This document shows, piece by piece, positions 50,512 to 62,805 of a stretch of 64,000 nt of DNA. The stretch's first letter is position 1. Each line of letters opens with the position of its first letter. Made by a program: the position numbers and the translations under genes. Location of the stretch: contig JBBIPC010000004.1 of assembly GCA_037443035.1 (NCBI GenBank), forward strand, positions 1 through 64,000, read 5' to 3'. Origin of the DNA: Chthonomonadales bacterium. Its GTDB lineage: Bacteria > Armatimonadota > Chthonomonadetes > Chthonomonadales > CAJBBX01. Below the pieces are notes generated by a model that made no database searches, was not told where the DNA came from, and worked only from the letters and a program-made list of their open reading frames with translations.

Positions 50512-53500
50512 CTACAGGCCAAGCTCGCGCAGCACGTCAGGCGCCAGGTTCGCTTTCAGCCAACGAGCCACTTCTCGAACGGACATGGATCGCCGCGAGG
50601 CATAGTCTTCCAACTGGTCGCGTCCGATCGTGCCCACGGGGAAATACCGGGCACCCGGATGGTTCAGGTAGAAGCCGCAGATAGAGCTCGGCGGTGCCAT
50701 GGCCATGGTATCCGTCAGAGTGACCCCGGTGCGGCCAGGCGCGTCCAGCAGCTCGAACAGCATGGTTTTCTCGCTATGGTCAGGGCACGCGGGATAGCCT
50801 GGCGCAGGTCGGATGCCGCGGTAGCGCTCCTGAATCAGGTCTTCGTTGCTCAAGTTTTCCTTTTCTCCGAATTGGCAATCGCGCCGCGCCTGCTGGTGGA
50901 GCCACTCGGCAAGTGCTTCAGCCAATCGGTCTGCCAGTGCTTCGACCATGATGGCGCTATAGTCGTCTCCCCGCTCCCGGTACTCATGGGCCACCGCATG
51001 GATACCTGCTCCAGCGGTCACGACGAAAAGACCCACGTAATCGAGTAATCCAGACGCCTCGGGCGCGACGAAGTCCGCGAGGCAGTAGTTCTCCGTTCCT
51101 TCGCCCTTGTCTTGCTGCTGCCGTAGCATCGGGAATGCTGCTGCGCTTTGGCCTCTATCCAGCAGGACAATATCGTCTCCGCGTCCCATGGCTTCCCAGA
51201 AGCCGTACACACCCGCTGGCTGAACCTGTTCGTCGCGCTCCAGCACGTCCAGGAGCCGCTCAGCGTCACCGAGGAGCTCCTTAGCGCGATCGGCCACATC
51301 TGGGCGGTCCAGCACTTCCGGGTACCGCCCGCGAATGTCCCAGACGTGCAAGAAGGGCGACCAGTCTATGAAGGGCCGTATGGTGGCGACGGAGGGAGAG
51401 ACTGTCCTCGTGCCGAGAAAGCTCGGCCTAGCAATGACCTCTTCGGTCCATGGAAGCTGCGGCGCTCTACGGCGTGCTTCCTGGATGGTCAGCAGTCTGC
51501 GTTCCTGATGGCGCCTGGCGAACTGCTCAGCTAGCTCCGCCTGCTCGCGCCGTACTTCGCTGGCAAACGCATCCCGCTGTGAACGATCCATGAGGTTCCG
51601 AACCACGGGACCGGCTCTGGAAGCATCCTGCACATGAACAACCGGTCCTGAATACTCGGGTGCAATTCTCACTGCAGTGTGCGTGCGGCTCGTGGTGGCT
51701 CCGCCAATCAGCAAGGGAATCGTCATGCCCCTTCTCTGCATTTCGCGGGCTACGTGGACCATTTCATCGAGAGATGGCGTGATCAGACCGGACAGACCCA
51801 CGCAGTCCGCCCCCCACTCCATCGCCGTGTCGAGGATCACTTGCGCCGGCACCATGACACCGAGGTCCCGGATTTCGTGGCCAGCACAGGCAAGCACCAC
51901 GCCGACGATGTTCTTGCCGATATCGTGAACGTCGCCTTTGACCGTCGCCAGGAGAATCCGTGCGGCCCCCTCCGTTCGGTGGCGCCGTTCGTCGCCCGTA
52001 CTCTCAGCCTTCTCCATATAGGGCGTCAGGAATGCGACTGCCTGCTTCATCGTACGCGCGCTTTTCACCACCTGCGGCAGGAACATGCGTCCATCGGCGA
52101 ACCTATCGCCGATGACTCTCATGCCCCTCATGAGGGGACCTTCGATGACGGCCAACGCGTTGCCATACTTCGCCAGTGCCTCGGCCATCTCTTGTTCGAT
52201 GGTTTCGGTGCGTCCGTGGATCAGCGACATGGCAATTCGCTCGTCCACGTCAGCCTGCTCAACTGAACGGGCCACACTCGTGTCCGCGTTTCCAGTCGAA
52301 GCCTCTGCGTGCTGCGACGCGTAGTCCAACAACCGCTCTGTCGCGTCCGGCCGACGGTCGAAGATCAGGTCCTCGGCGAGCTTCCTCAGTTCTGGATCCA
52401 CATCTTCGTACAGAGCAAGCTGCCCAGCGTTGACGATCCCCATATCCAGACCAGCATGTATGGCATGGTACAGGAAGACGGCGTGGAGGGCCTCACGAAT
52501 ACGGTCATTGCCACGGAATGCGAAGGAGAGATTGCTGATCCCACCACTGCACAAGGCGCCTGGACAGTCGCGCTTGATCTGACGCACAGCCTCGATGAAT
52601 GCGAGAGCGTAACCCGCATGTTCAGGTATGCCGGTGCCAATCGCCAGGACGTTGGGATCGAAGATGATCTCCTCTGGCTCGACATGCTCTTCTTCCACGA
52701 GGATACGGTAGGCACGACGGCATATCTCGACTTTGCGCTCGATAGTATCCGCTTGCCCCTGTTCATCGAAGGCCATGACAGTCAACGCTGCGCCCAGGCG
52801 TCGGGCTTCCCTGGCGCGCTCACGGAACGCGCGTTCGCCATCTTTCAAGCTAATGGAGTTGACGATGCACTTGCCCTGCGTCGCCTTCAACCCGGCCAGA
52901 ATCACCTCCCAGTTGGAGCTATCCACCATGAGTGGAACTCTGGCTACGTCCGGTTCGGATGCGGCGATGCGGAGAAACTCCCGCATTGCCGACGGAGAGT
53001 CGAGCAGTGCCTCGTCCATGTTCACGTCCAGGATGTTGGCACCATTCTCCACCTGCTGCCTGGCAACGCCCACCGCTTCCTCGTAGGCGCCCGCCCGGAC
53101 CAGTTTCGCGAACCGCCGCGAACCTGCCACGTTCGTACGCTCTCCAACCAGAATGAAGTTGGAGTCTGGCCGGACTTCGAGCACGTCCAGCCCTGCGTAA
53201 CGGGGTATGCCGTCCCGGGCCGGCGGCCGTCGTGGGACCTTGCCCGTCACTGCCTCTGCGATGGCGCGAATGTGGTCGGGTGTAGACCCGCAACATCCGC
53301 CCACGATGTTCAGCCAACCTTCGGCCACGTAAGAACCGAGATACCCGGCCATCTCCGCCGGTGACTGGTCGTACTCGCCCAGGGCATTCGGAAGACCTGC
53401 GTTGGGATAACAGACCGTGGGTACCCAGGCCACACGACTAAGCTCTTCGATGGCCCCGCCAAGTTCTGCGGCACCCAACCCGCAGTTCACACCCACTGCG

Positions 53501-54225
53501 AATAGTGGATAGTGATTCACAGACGTCCAGAAGGCCTCCAACGTCTGGCCCGACAACGTCCGACCGCTCTTATCACTGAAGGTCACACTAACGATAACCG
53601 GCGGAACACCGCCGAGCCGATCCGACAACCTGGCAATGGCGTAAAGGGCGGCCTTGACATTGAGCGTATCGAAACTAGTCTCGAGGATGAGTAGGTCCAC
53701 CGTACCTTCGATCAAAGCAGAGGTCTGCTCCTCGTAGGCGTCGGCGAGTTCGTCGAAGTCCACGTTGCGATAGCCAGGCCGTCCCACATCTGGTGACATG
53801 GACGCCGTCCTGTTCGTGGGTCCCATCGTTCCGGCTACGAAGACTGAGCGTCCAGTGGTTTGGAGGATGCGATCGGCAGCTCGTCGTGCAAGAGCAGCGC
53901 CCGCGAGGTTCATTTCCCGCACGAGATGGGCCGCTGCAAAGTCTCGCTGCGAGATAGCATTCCCGTTGAACGTGTTCGTGGCGATGATATCGGCACCCGC
54001 AGTCCCGAACTCGAAGTGGATCTGCTCCACCAGGTCCGGCTGGACCAGGTTCAGTATCTCGTTGTTATTCCGCAAGTTCACGGGGTGCTCGGCAAAGCGC
54101 TTACCGCGATAGTCTTCCTCGGCAAGGCGATGGCGCTGGAGCATGGTGCCTTTGGGCCCTTCCAGAACGAGGATGCGCTCCCGAAGGAGCGCACTCATTC
54201 TGTCCCGGGTCAGGTCGTGTCTCAT
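50512..54225 (-). CDS. metH: Cobalamin-dependent methionine synthase
   Basis: [46 protein letters not shown]. Confidence 0.97.
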   Translation of the reverse strand: MRHDLTRDRMSALLRERILVLEGPKGTMLQRHRLAEEDYRGKRFAEHPVNLRNNNEILNLVQPDLVEQIHFEFGTAGADIIATNTFNGNAISQRDFAAAHLVREMNLAGAALARRAADRILQTTGRSVFVAGTMGPTNRTASMSPDVGRPGYRNVDFDELADAYEEQTSALIEGTVDLLILETSFDTLNVKAALYAIARLSDRLGGVPPVIVSVTFSDKSGRTLSGQTLEAFWTSVNHYPLFAVGVNCGLGAAELGGAIEELSRVAWVPTVCYPNAGLPNALGEYDQSPAEMAGYLGSYVAEGWLNIVGGCCGSTPDHIRAIAEAVTGKVPRRPPARDGIPRYAGLDVLEVRPDSNFILVGERTNVAGSRRFAKLVRAGAYEEAVGVARQQVENGANILDVNMDEALLDSPSAMREFLRIAASEPDVARVPLMVDSSNWEVILAGLKATQGKCIVNSISLKDGERAFRERAREARRLGAALTVMAFDEQGQADTIERKVEICRRAYRILVEEEHVEPEEIIFDPNVLAIGTGIPEHAGYALAFIEAVRQIKRDCPGALCSGGISNLSFAFRGNDRIREALHAVFLYHAIHAGLDMGIVNAGQLALYEDVDPELRKLAEDLIFDRRPDATERLLDYASQHAEASTGNADTSVARSVEQADVDERIAMSLIHGRTETIEQEMAEALAKYGNALAVIEGPLMRGMRVIGDRFADGRMFLPQVVKSARTMKQAVAFLTPYMEKAESTGDERRHRTEGAARILLATVKGDVHDIGKNIVGVVLACAGHEIRDLGVMVPAQVILDTAMEWGADCVGLSGLITPSLDEMVHVAREMQRRGMTIPLLIGGATTSRTHTAVRIAPEYSGPVVHVQDASRAGPVVRNLMDRSQRDAFASEVRREQAELAEQFARRHQERRLLTIQEARRRAPQLPWTEEVIARPSFLGTRTVSPSVATIRPFIDWSPFLHVWDIRGRYPEVLDRPDVADRAKELLGDAERLLDVLERDEQVQPAGVYGFWEAMGRGDDIVLLDRGQSAAAFPMLRQQQDKGEGTENYCLADFVAPEASGLLDYVGLFVVTAGAGIHAVAHEYRERGDDYSAIMVEALADRLAEALAEWLHQQARRDCQFGEKENLSNEDLIQERYRGIRPAPGYPACPDHSEKTMLFELLDAPGRTGVTLTDTMAMAPPSSICGFYLNHPGARYFPVGTIGRDQLEDYASRRSMSVREVARWLKANLAPDVLRELGL

Positions 54226-54229
54226 ACGA

Positions 54230-56014
54230 TTACCTCTTGAACCTCCGATCGATCTCGCTATATGGCACCAACACTGCGGCAGGCCGTCCATGCGGGCAGA
54301 AATGCGGGTTCCTTGTCTCGGCAAGCTGCCGCAAGAGACCGGTCATTTCTTCGACCGAGAGCGCATCGCCCGCCTTCACAGCCATGCGACAAGCGTGGGC
54401 GATGGTCACTTGGTCGCGATCCACCACCAACCTTCGCGCTACCGTCTGGTGCACCAGCTCGTCCACCATATCGCGCAGAACGGCCTCCTGCTGCCCCTGG
54501 CGCAGGAGCGATGGCACGGCACGCACAACGAGCGCCCGACCGCCGAAGGGTTCCAGCTCCCAACCCGCGGCTCGGAAGTCGTCCAAGCGTCGACTCACTA
54601 ATGCGAACTCCGCGGCCCCAAAGGACACGGTCAGGGGTACTGCCAACCGCTGGCTCGAGACGCCGTGCTCCGTTTGCTTTGTAAGTAGCCGTTCGTACAG
54701 CACCCGCTCGTGTGCCACGTGCTGATCAACTAGCACAAGACCCTGCTCAGTCGCCGCAACTATGTACGTATTGTTGGCTTGGCCGAGCACCCGGAAATCG
54801 CGGAGCATATCCGCCAACACCGCCGCGTCGCCGGTCTGCTCAGCACCGCCGAGCGCAAGACGATCGTCATCGAAAAGGCTCTCTGCCGTGGCGCTCGCTG
54901 GCGTGCGCCCGAACGCGGCTAGAGATGTGGTCACAGCCTGTACGGTGGATCCAGAATCCCTTCGCGGAACCTGCCACGCCCCCCCGGGGGTCAGTCCTGC
55001 AGAACGCACCTCGGGAAGCAACCCGTGTCGTACCAGTGCACGCCGAACCGCCCTTCCTAAGATCGCATGGACCTCGGATTCGTTTCGGAATTTCACTTCG
55101 AGCTTGGCTGGATGGACGTTCACGTCCACCTGTTCCGGATCCATCTGCATGTGAATGCAGCAGATTGGATACCGGGCTTCCGGCGTAATGTCGCGGAACG
55201 CTTGCTCCACAGCATGAGCGAGGACACGACTTCGCACGGGCCGACCCGACACGACAAAGAGCTGATGAGTCCGCCCGGGCCGACTTGCCTCGGGCGTGCC
55301 CACATAGCCATCCACCCGCAAGTGCGGCTCCTCCTCAGAGATCGACACGAGTTTGCGTGCGACGGCCCGCCCCCAGATGTTGGCCAGGACTCCCACCAAG
55401 TCACCGGTACCCGGTGTCGAGAGGAGCTCCTGGCCGTTGTGCACGACCCGTACCACGATGGATGGGTGCGCTGCCGCGAGCATGCTGACCGACTCGACGC
55501 ACCTGGTAAGCTCCGTCGCCGTCGTCTTGAGGAACTTCAGGCGGGCCGGAGTGTTATAGAACAGGTCCTCCACGATAACCGTAGTGCCATCGCGCCCTGT
55601 TCGGTCTGTGAGCTTCTCCAGTACGCCACCATGGATCGTGAGTTCCGTGGCGACAGGGCTGTTCTTGGCCTTCGTGATGAGCGTGAAGTGCGAAACCGAC
55701 GCGATGCTAGGAAGCGCCTCACCGCGGAACCCGAGTGTCTTTACCCGCTCCAGGTCGTCCGCCGATCGTATTTTCGAGGTCGCATGGCGCTGAACCGCCA
55801 GGATCGCGTCCTCGGCGTCCATCCCACAACCGTCGTCGGAGACCTCGATCCGGCGTTTGCCCCCCTCCTCCAAGATGACCGTGATATGGGAAGCGCCGGC
55901 GTCAATGGCGTTCTCGACGAGCTCTTTGACTGCGGACGCAGGCCGTTCGACCACCTCACCTGCAGCGATGCGGCTGGCAGTTACGTCATCCAGCAGAACG
56001 ATGCGTCCCCCCAC
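54230..56014 (-). CDS. mutL: DNA mismatch repair endonuclease MutL
   Basis: IAAGEVVERP, GFRGEAL, DVNVHPAK, DQHVAHERVLYE, ACR, CPHGRP. Confidence 0.97.
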   Translation of the reverse strand: MGGRIVLLDDVTASRIAAGEVVERPASAVKELVENAIDAGASHITVILEEGGKRRIEVSDDGCGMDAEDAILAVQRHATSKIRSADDLERVKTLGFRGEALPSIASVSHFTLITKAKNSPVATELTIHGGVLEKLTDRTGRDGTTVIVEDLFYNTPARLKFLKTTATELTRCVESVSMLAAAHPSIVVRVVHNGQELLSTPGTGDLVGVLANIWGRAVARKLVSISEEEPHLRVDGYVGTPEASRPGRTHQLFVVSGRPVRSRVLAHAVEQAFRDITPEARYPICCIHMQMDPEQVDVNVHPAKLEVKFRNESEVHAILGRAVRRALVRHGLLPEVRSAGLTPGGAWQVPRRDSGSTVQAVTTSLAAFGRTPASATAESLFDDDRLALGGAEQTGDAAVLADMLRDFRVLGQANNTYIVAATEQGLVLVDQHVAHERVLYERLLTKQTEHGVSSQRLAVPLTVSFGAAEFALVSRRLDDFRAAGWELEPFGGRALVVRAVPSLLRQGQQEAVLRDMVDELVHQTVARRLVVDRDQVTIAHACRMAVKAGDALSVEEMTGLLRQLAETRNPHFCPHGRPAAVLVPYSEIDRRFKR

Positions 56015-56018
56015 AGAT

Positions 56019-58742
56019 CTAAGCCCTCTCCCTAGCCTTCCGCTGGAGTTCGTTCAGCTTGACCAAAGCCTCGATCGGTGTCAGCGTAGTCAGGTCCAGT
56101 ACCTGCAGCTCTTCGATCACAGGGTCTGGCTCCAAGTCGAACAACGTGAGTTGTACTTGCTTGCGACGCTCCTGAACAGCCACATCCTCGGACAGTTCGC
56201 GCGCTCGGCCACGCGTGCCATTCCGCTCCAGGTCTTGCAGAATCTCCCTGGCGCGACCCACGACTGCCGGCGGTACTCCTGCCATCCGCGCAACCTGAAT
56301 GCCGTAGGACTTGTCGGTGCCACCTTCGACGAGGCGATGGAGGAACAGCACCCGGTCGCCCTGTTCCTTCACTGCCACGCGGTAGTTCCGCACGTTCGGT
56401 ATCCGCCTGGCCAGGTCGTTCAGCAGATGATAGTGAGTCGCGAACAGCGTGCGGCACTGCAACTGGGCAAGGTACTCCGCTACTGCCCACGCGATGGAGA
56501 CGCCGTCGTAGGTGCTCGTTCCTCGTCCGATTTCGTCGAGTATTACCAGCGACCGCCGTGTTGCGTTATTCAGAATGTTCGCCGTCTCGGTCATCTCGAC
56601 CATGAACGTGCTCTGACCGGTGGCGAGTTCGTCATGAGCTCCCACCCGAGTGAAGACGCGATCCACTAGTCCAATCGAAGCCGAATCCGCCGGTACGAAG
56701 CTGCCCATCTGGGCCATGATCGTGATGAGCGCAACCTGGCGCAAGTACGTAGACTTGCCCGACATGTTCGGGCCAGTAATGACGTGCAGGGAGCCGCCGT
56801 TGCAGTCCAGCACACAATCGTTCGGCACGAACGATGCGCGTTCCGATATCTGCTCCACCACAGGGTGCCGGCCGCCACGGATCTCGATGCGCTCGGTGTC
56901 GTTGACCTGCGGACGCGTGTAGCGGTTCCGCACAGCCACCTCCGCCATGCTCGAAATCCAGTCTAGCTCGGCGAGAGCACGCGCCACTCCTAGGAGGTCG
57001 GCCGATGCTTCGGAGACGCGCTGCCGCAGTTGTCCAAGGATACGGAACTCCAAGTCAAGCGCTTTCTCTTCCGCTCCGAGGACTCGTGCCTCTTGCTCCT
57101 TGAGCTCAGGGGTAATGAAGCGTTCACCGTTTGCCGTTGTCTGTTTCCGGATGTAATCGGACGGCACTTTGCTTAGATTGGGCCGTGTAACCTCGATGAA
57201 GTAGCCGAATACAGCATTGAAGCCCACCTTCAGCGATGCGATGCCCGTTCGCTGTCTCTCCGTTGCTTCCAGACTAGCGATCCACGACTTGCCCTCTTCC
57301 GAAAGCTTGCGTAGCGCGTCCAGTTCTGGTGAATACCCAGTCCGGACGATGCCGCCTTCGCGCACACCGGCAGGCGGATCATCCACAAGCGCCCGCTTCA
57401 GCATGTCACGTATCTCGGCCACACTGGGAGGCACGGCAAGGGAACTCCGCTCGCGTGCCAGCATGGTACCAGAGCACGCACTAGGGCTAGCGGGCTTGGG
57501 CCGCAAGACGTCTGCGACAGAGCGCACCAGTGCGGCTGGGCAGGACTCGATAGCGTCCGCCAGTGGCTCGAGCCGCTCCAGGGACAACCGTAGCGCCACC
57601 AGATCCCTCGCTCCCGCCAACCCCGCGGCCGCCCTCGATACAAGACGCTCCACGTCATTCACGTGACGGAGCAAGTCCCGAACATCACCACGTAAGATCT
57701 CATCCTGAGCGAAGGTTGCCACTGCATCCAACCGCTTCTCTATTGTCTCCACGTCGAGGAGGGGCTCTTCGATTCGCCTCCGAAGCAAGCGAGCACCCAT
57801 GGGTGTCTGCGTAAGGTCGAGAACGCTCAGCAGTGTTCGCGACCGGCTTCCATCCACGAGCGACGTGGTCAGCTCCAGGTTACGCCGTGCCACAACATCC
57901 AGGCCCATGAACGAGCGCGTCGAATAGGTGCTTAGCGTGGTGATGTGCTGCAGCGCTCCGACTTGAGTTTCGCGCAGGTACTCCAAGATCAGCGCGGCTG
58001 CTTCGACACCAGCGGTGTAGTCTTCGCAACCGAACCCGCGTAGGCTAGCAGTCTGGAAGTGCTGCATCAGCACATCTCGAGACGTGCGGGACCGAGGAAC
58101 GTTGGTGGGAGAGTAGACCGTGACGGGTGCCGAGACACTGCTCTTGATCATGTCCGCAAGCTCCATGTCACCATCGGGAACGAGAATCTCGGCCGGTTCT
58201 AGCCGCAGGATCTCCTCCAGCAGTTCATCTGTCCGTTCCTCTCCGGTCAGCTCCGTCGTCAGAAACTCCCCTGTCGTAACGTCCACAACGCCCACCCCGG
58301 CGACAGGGTCCCTTACCACCGCTGCCACAAGGTAGTTGTTGGATCGGCTGTCCAGCAATGCCTCATCGAAGACCGTCCCTCGGGATAGAACACGCGTGAC
58401 CCGCCGCTTCACCAGCCCCTTGGCCGTCTTCGGATCCTCCACCTGATCCATCAGCGCCACGCGATAGCCTCGTCGAAGAAGCCTTGCGACGTACCGCTCC
58501 ACTGCATGGTACGGTACACCAGCCATGGGCAGGCGCTGTGGTCCGTCGTCCTTACCTGTGAGAGTGATGCTCAGCTCATCAGCGATGGTCACGGCATCTG
58601 GTCCATACGCCTCGTAGAAATCGCCGACGCGCATGAGCAGGAGGACTCCCGGGTGCTCTTCTCTTGCCCGGAAGTACTGCTTCATGAGGGGGGTGTTCGG
58701 TATCACCGGCCCGTTGTCCGCCGTGCACGATGCCTTGGCCAT
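56019..58742 (-). CDS. mutS: DNA mismatch repair protein MutS
   Basis: TPLMKQY, GDFYE, TGPNMSGKSTY, STFMVEM, DEIGRGTS, SYGIQVA; C-terminal QLTLF. Confidence 0.97.
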   Translation of the reverse strand: MAKASCTADNGPVIPNTPLMKQYFRAREEHPGVLLLMRVGDFYEAYGPDAVTIADELSITLTGKDDGPQRLPMAGVPYHAVERYVARLLRRGYRVALMDQVEDPKTAKGLVKRRVTRVLSRGTVFDEALLDSRSNNYLVAAVVRDPVAGVGVVDVTTGEFLTTELTGEERTDELLEEILRLEPAEILVPDGDMELADMIKSSVSAPVTVYSPTNVPRSRTSRDVLMQHFQTASLRGFGCEDYTAGVEAAALILEYLRETQVGALQHITTLSTYSTRSFMGLDVVARRNLELTTSLVDGSRSRTLLSVLDLTQTPMGARLLRRRIEEPLLDVETIEKRLDAVATFAQDEILRGDVRDLLRHVNDVERLVSRAAAGLAGARDLVALRLSLERLEPLADAIESCPAALVRSVADVLRPKPASPSACSGTMLARERSSLAVPPSVAEIRDMLKRALVDDPPAGVREGGIVRTGYSPELDALRKLSEEGKSWIASLEATERQRTGIASLKVGFNAVFGYFIEVTRPNLSKVPSDYIRKQTTANGERFITPELKEQEARVLGAEEKALDLEFRILGQLRQRVSEASADLLGVARALAELDWISSMAEVAVRNRYTRPQVNDTERIEIRGGRHPVVEQISERASFVPNDCVLDCNGGSLHVITGPNMSGKSTYLRQVALITIMAQMGSFVPADSASIGLVDRVFTRVGAHDELATGQSTFMVEMTETANILNNATRRSLVILDEIGRGTSTYDGVSIAWAVAEYLAQLQCRTLFATHYHLLNDLARRIPNVRNYRVAVKEQGDRVLFLHRLVEGGTDKSYGIQVARMAGVPPAVVGRAREILQDLERNGTRGRARELSEDVAVQERRKQVQLTLFDLEPDPVIEELQVLDLTTLTPIEALVKLNELQRKARERA

Positions 58743-58749
58743 ATGCCGA

Positions 58750-58778
58750 AGGATACCCAGACACCGGATGTACGTCAA
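58750..58778 (-). promoter_or_regulatory. mutS promoter, probably leaderless
   Basis: TTGACG (58778-58773)-17-TATCCT (58755-58750)-7 nt-ATG. Confidence 0.6.
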
Positions 58779-58830
58779 CCGCAGATCCACGGTGAGGGAC
58801 TCACGGCTTGGGGTATACTGCATTCGAGTC

Positions 58831-58920
58831 GCACACACCGCACCGACGTCGAGATTGCGCAGGGTCGCTCCAAGGAGGGGTGCTGCCAACCGTTGAGGCG
58901 TCGGGAGGACACAACCAGGA
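58831..58920 (+). promoter_or_regulatory. rpsB (S2/t44-like) autoregulatory leader RNA
   Basis: CACACAC start, CCGACGTC/GGCGTCGG pairing, central GGTGC, GGAGG 3' end; TATACT at 58814-58819. Confidence 0.6.
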
Positions 58921-58929
58921 GGTAACCGC

Positions 58930-59817
58930 GTGGCAACCCTTACGATGAAGGAGCTCCTCGAGGCAGGAGTTCATTTCGGTCATCAGACTCGCCGGTGGAA
59001 CCCCAAGATGAAGCGCTACATCTATGGGGCACGAAACGGCATCTACATCATCGATCTTCATCAGACCCTCAAGCTCTACGAGACGGCGCAACAGTTCATT
59101 CAGGACGTCGTTCTGAACGGCCAGCACGTTCTCTTCGTCGGTACGAAGAAGCAAGCACAGGACGCCATCCAGGAGGCTGCCGTTCGTTCTCGCCAGTTCT
59201 ATGTGAACCAGAGATGGCTCGGTGGCATGCTGACGAACTTCCAGACCATCCAGTCGCGGGTCAAGCGGCTTCAGAGCCTCCGCCAACTGGAGGCAGACGG
59301 TACGCTCGAGAGGCTCACGAAAAAGGAAGCGAAGGCGCTCGTCGAGGAGCGGATCAAACTGGAGCGGTATCTTGGCGGTATCGAGAGGATGCAGGTTCGC
59401 CCGGGAGCACTTTTCGTTGTGGACCTCAAGAAAGAGCACATTGCAGTTGCCGAAGCGCGCAAGCTGGGCATTCCCATTGTTGCGATCGTTGATACCAACT
59501 GCGATCCCGACGAGGTGGATTACGTCATCCCCGGCAATGACGATGCCATTCGCGCCATCAAGCTCATCGCGGGCAAGCTCGCCAGTGCCATCGTCGAGGT
59601 CATGCAGGAGCGCTGGGATATGGAAGCTGAGGCGCCCGTCACGACGGTCGAGGAAGTGGCGCTGGAACCAGTGGAGGTTACAATGACCGAGGAAGATAGC
59701 CTATTCCTTGGTGACGAAGAGGACGAGTACGCTCGTATGGCCCAACGGCTGGAGGCGAGTGCACGCTCGTTGGACGACGATGATCTGGTCAAGGATGAGG
59801 ATTTCGAGGAGGAATAG
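58930..59817 (+). CDS. rpsB: 30S ribosomal protein S2
   Basis: [36 protein letters not shown]. Confidence 0.98.
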   Translation: MATLTMKELLEAGVHFGHQTRRWNPKMKRYIYGARNGIYIIDLHQTLKLYETAQQFIQDVVLNGQHVLFVGTKKQAQDAIQEAAVRSRQFYVNQRWLGGMLTNFQTIQSRVKRLQSLRQLEADGTLERLTKKEAKALVEERIKLERYLGGIERMQVRPGALFVVDLKKEHIAVAEARKLGIPIVAIVDTNCDPDEVDYVIPGNDDAIRAIKLIAGKLASAIVEVMQERWDMEAEAPVTTVEEVALEPVEVTMTEEDSLFLGDEEDEYARMAQRLEASARSLDDDDLVKDEDFEEE

Positions 59818-59820
59818 GCG

Positions 59821-60681
59821 ATGGACATAACGGCACAGATGGTCAGCAAGCTCCGGGAACAGACCGGAGCGGGCATGATGGAATGCAAGCGGGCCCTCGT
59901 CGAGTGCGAGGGCGATTTCGAGAAGGCCATAGACCTCCTTCGCGTGCGCGGCAAGGCAGGCGCCGAGAAGCGTGCGGGGCGTGCCGCTGCAGAGGGAGTG
60001 GTAGCTGCATGTGTCGAGAACGGCGTGGCCGCTATGGTGGAGCTCAACAGTGAGACGGATTTCGTTGCGCGCAATCCTGAATTCCGCCAGACGGCCGAGA
60101 TCGCGGCAGCGATCGCATGCACCAACGGTATCGAGGACGTGGAGTCTCTGCGCAATGCTTCTGTGCCAGAGAGTCTCGGTGCACACGCGGGCAGGCAGCT
60201 CTCCGAACTTCTGGATGACCTCACATCTCGCATGCGCGAGAACATCGTTCTCCGGCGCTGCGCCGTGCTGAGATCGGGTACCGGCGAGATGGTAAGCGCC
60301 TACGTTCACACAGTCACCAACAAGATTGCCGTTCTCGTACTACTCCGCGGCGATTCGTCGAATCCTGACCAAGCATCTCTGGCGCGCAACATCGCCATGC
60401 ACATCGCTGCGAGCAAGCCCCTGTACGTTCGCCGCGAAGAAGTGCCGGCAGACGTTCTGGACCACGAACGCCAGGTTCTCTCCGAGAAGACCCGAACCGA
60501 AGGCAAACCCGAGGCAGCTATACCCAAGATCGTCGAAGGACGTCTGGGCAAGTTCTACGAGCAGGTTTGCCTCGTGGACCAGCCATACGTTCGCGAACCT
60601 TCCCAGCGCGTTGGCTCCTTGCTCAAGGCAGCCGGTTTGGACGTTGTCGCCTTCCGTATGTTCGTTGTTGGACAGGAATAG
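59821..60681 (+). CDS. tsf: Elongation factor Ts
   Basis: LREQTGAGMMECK, ELNSETDFVA, IAMHIAA. Confidence 0.98.
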   Translation: MDITAQMVSKLREQTGAGMMECKRALVECEGDFEKAIDLLRVRGKAGAEKRAGRAAAEGVVAACVENGVAAMVELNSETDFVARNPEFRQTAEIAAAIACTNGIEDVESLRNASVPESLGAHAGRQLSELLDDLTSRMRENIVLRRCAVLRSGTGEMVSAYVHTVTNKIAVLVLLRGDSSNPDQASLARNIAMHIAASKPLYVRREEVPADVLDHERQVLSEKTRTEGKPEAAIPKIVEGRLGKFYEQVCLVDQPYVREPSQRVGSLLKAAGLDVVAFRMFVVGQE

Positions 60682-61403
60682 TGCCCGACCTGCGCTGGCA
60701 GCGTGTGCTCCTGAAGCTCTCCGGTGAAGCTCTGGCAGGGGAGCGGGGTTTCGGGTTCGATCCCGGTGCTGTCTCTCGCATCACGTCCGAGATTGCCACC
60801 TCTGTCGACACGGGTGTACAAATGGCGATCGTCGTTGGTGGCGGCAATGTTCTGCGCGGACACATAGCCTCGGAAGCAGGGATGCAGCGGGTCGTCGCTG
60901 ACCAAATCGGCATGCTGGCCACCGTGCAAAACGCCTTAGCGCTCCAGGATGGCTTGGAGAGACTGGGACTGGAAACGCGCGTTCAGACAGCCATCGAGAT
61001 GACCGAGCTCGCCGAACCGTTCATCCGGCGACGCGCCATCAGGCACCTCGAACAGGGCCGCCTTGTCATCTTCGCAGGCGGTACCGGCAATCCGTATTTC
61101 TCGACAGACACCGCCGCCGCACTGAGAGCTCTGGAGATAGGCGCGGAAGTCGTACTGAAGGCAACGAACGTAGACGGCATCTACGATGCGGATCCCCGCA
61201 ACACCGTTGGGGCGCGCCTATACCGAAGTGTCACGTATGCGGAGTGTATAGAGAAACGGCTCGGAGTCATGGATGTGGCTGCCTTCGCACTGTGCGAAGA
61301 CAATGATCTGCCCATCGTCGTCTTCTCACTTCAGAAGCCCGGCAACGTACGGGCCGTGCTGCTGGATGAGAACATTGGAACGATAGTACGGAGGAATCCA
61401 TGA
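60681..61403 (+). CDS. pyrH: UMP kinase
   Basis: LLKLSGEAL, VGGGN, GTGNPYFSTDT, DGIYDADP. Confidence 0.97.
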   Translation: MPDLRWQRVLLKLSGEALAGERGFGFDPGAVSRITSEIATSVDTGVQMAIVVGGGNVLRGHIASEAGMQRVVADQIGMLATVQNALALQDGLERLGLETRVQTAIEMTELAEPFIRRRAIRHLEQGRLVIFAGGTGNPYFSTDTAAALRALEIGAEVVLKATNVDGIYDADPRNTVGARLYRSVTYAECIEKRLGVMDVAAFALCEDNDLPIVVFSLQKPGNVRAVLLDENIGTIVRRNP

Positions 61404-61960
61404 GCATCGAAGACATCCTGAAGACCGCCGAACAGAAGATGGATAAGAGCGTCGAAGCTACCAGGCACGAGTTCACGCTCATCCGCACCGGTCGAGCGAA
61501 CCCGGCCATCGTCGAGCACGTGATTGTCAGCGCCTACGGAACCGAGCTGCCACTGCAGCAGGTGGCGACCGTCACCGTGCCTGAACCACGGATGCTTCTG
61601 ATAACCCCGTTCGACAGGAACACGCTTGCCGCCATCGAGAAGAGCATTCTCAAGTCCGATCTCAACCTGACTCCGATCAACGACGGGCAGAGCATCAAGC
61701 TCAACATTCCGCCTCTGACTGAAGAGCGCCGCAAGGAACTGATCAAGCTCCTCCACAAGAAGGCCGAGCAGGGCCACGCCGCTGTTCGCAACATCCGCCA
61801 AGAAGCGCACAATCACCTTCGCCAGCTTGTAAAGAACAAGGAATGCGGCGAGGATGACGAGCGTCGCGCGCAAGAGAAGCTCCAGAAGCTGACCAACGAC
61901 AGGATCGCCGCAATCGACCAGGCCACGAAGCAGAAGGAGAAGGAGCTTCTGGAAGTCTAG
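61400..61960 (+). CDS. frr: Ribosome recycling factor
   Basis: IRTGRANP, IPPLTEERRKEL, AVRNIR. Confidence 0.97.
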   Translation: MSIEDILKTAEQKMDKSVEATRHEFTLIRTGRANPAIVEHVIVSAYGTELPLQQVATVTVPEPRMLLITPFDRNTLAAIEKSILKSDLNLTPINDGQSIKLNIPPLTEERRKELIKLLHKKAEQGHAAVRNIRQEAHNHLRQLVKNKECGEDDERRAQEKLQKLTNDRIAAIDQATKQKEKELLEV

Positions 61961-62005
61961 CCTGGCCGCAGCGACGGGGCTCTGCCAGGCGTGCGTCCCA
62001 TTCCT

Positions 62006-62734
<729 letters not shown>

Positions 62735-62805
62735 CACTGGAACTTCGCAAGGGTCCCTTCTGTAGAGTCCAATACAGCTATAGCGAGTTACCGGCGAGCG
62801 CGAGA

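Noticed and set aside
62735..62805. Possible NAD+ riboswitch or NrtR operator before nadA
   Set aside because: Only about 70 bp, no resemblance to the nadA-motif aptamer, and only a weak CTGTAG/CTATAG dyad
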